Shown: piece by piece, positions 62,339 through 64,000 of the stretch
Layout of the letters: each line of letters begins with the position of its first letter
Numbering within the stretch: the first letter of the stretch is position 1
Source: Vibrio sp.
GTDB taxonomy: Bacteria > Pseudomonadota > Gammaproteobacteria > Enterobacterales > Vibrionaceae
Direction of reading: 5' to 3'
Assembly: GCA_028131545.1 (NCBI GenBank)
Contig: JAOICL010000001.1
Location: 6,661 to 70,660 of the forward strand
DNA: 64,000 nt
Program-made: the position numbers and the translations under genes
The notes under the pieces: generated by a model
Databases searched by the model: none
Told to the model about the DNA's origin: nothing
The model's input: the letters and a program-made list of their open reading frames with translations, nothing else

Positions 62339-62884
62339 ATGAATCAAAATGATCAAGCATTACATCGAGTTCTTGACGCTTTAAAACAACAAGCAAAAGG
62401 AATCGATCAGCGTAGAGGTGAGCATCACCTGCCCCTATTCGACAATAAATTATTCCATTGTCATTATTCTCGTTTATTGGTGCCCTATGTCCAAGAAGCA
62501 GAAGAAACATTGAATAATTTATTGCAAGTTGAATCCGGTAAAGTCGATTACGCCAATCACCTTTCCGATCGTTTATTAGCCCAGATTGGCGCGATTAAGA
62601 AAGAAGTAGAAACACAAGGTATCCGTAAACAAACGCCGAAGCATTATTCTTATTTTCGTAAGCCTATCAATCAATTGTATCAAGAAATGGCACAGCACCA
62701 AGAATGGGAAAGGCGTTTAAAAGAAATGGTCCGTGACCAAGAATTTACTCTAAAAACCGCACCGCAAGCCAATCATGCTTCGATGCAACGCACCTTACTG
62801 GCGACCGAACAGCGATTAAAGCGCTGCCAAGAATCAAAGGTAAAATTAGAGCAACAAATCCAATATCGTGAAAAAAACCAATAG
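62339..62884 (+). CDS. priC: primosomal replication protein N''
   Basis: FDNKLF, HQEWERRL and RLKRC motifs; priC-ybaM synteny. Confidence 0.85.
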   Translation: MNQNDQALHRVLDALKQQAKGIDQRRGEHHLPLFDNKLFHCHYSRLLVPYVQEAEETLNNLLQVESGKVDYANHLSDRLLAQIGAIKKEVETQGIRKQTPKHYSYFRKPINQLYQEMAQHQEWERRLKEMVRDQEFTLKTAPQANHASMQRTLLATEQRLKRCQESKVKLEQQIQYREKNQ

Positions 62885-62890
62885 TGAATT

Positions 62891-63055
62891 ATGAATACTA
62901 CCCCTTTAGATAATGCATCCGATGACATTAAGCTTGCTGTTGATCTCATTTACCTATTAGAGTCACATGATATAGCACCTGAAACCGCCCTTTCTGCTCT
63001 AAAAATCGTAGAAAATGATTTAAAACAAAAACTATTAACGAGTACGCCATCATGA
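62891..63055 (+). CDS. ybaM: DUF2496 small protein (YbaM/RsmS)
   Basis: MNTTPLDNASDDIKLAVDLIYLLESHDIAPETALSALKIVENDLKQKLLTSTPS; below the ORF-track length cutoff. Confidence 0.85.
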   Translation: MNTTPLDNASDDIKLAVDLIYLLESHDIAPETALSALKIVENDLKQKLLTSTPS

Positions 63056-64000
63056 GCTTAACGTTCACTTTTAAACAACAAGACTTTCTTGAACACTATT
63101 GGCAAAAAAAACCCGGCGTTTTTCGCCAAGCATTAGCAAATTTTGATGATCTCATTACTCCTGATGAACTGGCTGGGTTCACAATGGAAGAAGAGATTGA
63201 TTCACGCTATGTGTCCAATTACCAAAATACATGGGAAGTGGAACATGGCCCATTTGATGAAGAGAAATTAACGTCACTAAGAGAAAGCCATTGGCAATTG
63301 ATCATGCAAGCTGCTAATCATTGGCATCCAGATGTCGCCACTCTCGCTCAACCCTTTGAGTTTCTCCCTCAATGGCTATTTGATGACATCATGGTGTGTT
63401 ATTCATCTCCTAAAGGAGGGGTTGGCCCCCACATCGACCAATACGATGTCTTTATCATCCAAGGGCATGGAAAAAGAAGTTGGAAGGTGGGTGCGAAAGA
63501 TAACGGTCAATATACCGAAACGACCCAACATTCTCAATTGCGTCAAATCGAAGGTTTTGAGCCTATCATCGATGAAATATTAGAGCCGGGGGACATGATC
63601 TATATACCCGCGGGTTTCCCACATGAAGGCGATACATTAGAGCATTCAATGAGCTACTCTGTTGGCTTCCGATCACCAAAAGAACAAGAGTTATTAAGTA
63701 ACATTGCCGATTATGTGATTGCACACGATAAAGGTGATCATCATTTAGAAGCACCTAATCGTCCCGCGCAACCGACTTTTAATATGATAACCCAGTCTGA
63801 CCGAGCTTTATTAAAAGAAATGCTCCTTAAGCAGCTGGACGACTCTACGTTCGATGAATTTTTAGGATGTATGCTAAGTCAATCAAGGCACCTTCTTGAT
63901 GTTGTTGAACCAGAAGAACCGTATCACCCTTCTGATGTACAAAGTAATTTATACGCCGGTGATCGCTTAATTAAAGTACTTGGCCTAAAAGTATTATTTA
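63052..64000 (+). CDS. roxA: 50S ribosomal protein uL16 arginine hydroxylase (JmjC/cupin), truncated at the window end
   Basis: FLEHYWQKKP, PDELAG, WQLIMQA, GGVGPHIDQYDVFIIQG, LEPGDMIYIP and YSVGFR motifs; ATGA overlap with ybaM. Confidence 0.92.
   Translation, partial: MSLTFTFKQQDFLEHYWQKKPGVFRQALANFDDLITPDELAGFTMEEEIDSRYVSNYQNTWEVEHGPFDEEKLTSLRESHWQLIMQAANHWHPDVATLAQPFEFLPQWLFDDIMVCYSSPKGGVGPHIDQYDVFIIQGHGKRSWKVGAKDNGQYTETTQHSQLRQIEGFEPIIDEILEPGDMIYIPAGFPHEGDTLEHSMSYSVGFRSPKEQELLSNIADYVIAHDKGDHHLEAPNRPAQPTFNMITQSDRALLKEMLLKQLDDSTFDEFLGCMLSQSRHLLDVVEPEEPYHPSDVQSNLYAGDRLIKVLGLKVLF

Noticed and set aside
63332-63754. Short ORFs suggesting a frameshifted or pseudogenised roxA
   Set aside because: The roxA frame from 63052 reads through these positions with intact motifs; it is missing from the track only because its stop lies beyond the window

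Overview
Core-chromosome segment from a Vibrionaceae bacterium (Vibrio-like gene content and order, roughly 39-40% GC by eye). I found no prophage, IS, integron cassette, CRISPR array, rRNA or tRNA. In order, it contains: truncated fadE with a FadR box; a sigmaE-type promoter driving a VrrA-like sRNA; an orphan lipoprotein; pdxY; a small OMP; hrpA; a divergent Omp85-like barrel; a DEDDh exonuclease; a sigma32-promoter-led cluster of a DUF2760 protein and two atypical Hsp70s; several unannotated small ORFs; a Fur-boxed imelysin/di-heme cluster; ribA; rimJ; tyrR with a TyrR-boxed NSS transporter; NYN-ruvC; the complete his operon with its leader and attenuator; a lysine riboswitch with an NhaC-family (LysW-like) transporter; hns; gsk; mnmA-hflD-purB; a cfa/DUF1365/oxidoreductase lipid-modification operon with an ECF (RpoE-ChrR type) promoter; htpX; bioA and bioBFCD with a BirA operator; a porin; and dinG-priC-ybaM-roxA (truncated). 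The strongest candidate for an undescribed system is 10.7-16.3 kb. It looks like a heat-shock-promoter-driven, J-protein-free chaperone module in which the DUF2760 protein resembles a membrane-anchored GrpE on an EKIVEV-repeat stalk, serving two non-canonical Hsp70 ATPases. A second notable observation is the VrrA-like sRNA, whose seed pairs over 13 consecutive nt with the ribosome-binding region of the porin mRNA in the same window. All family assignments come from motif recognition, not database searches.
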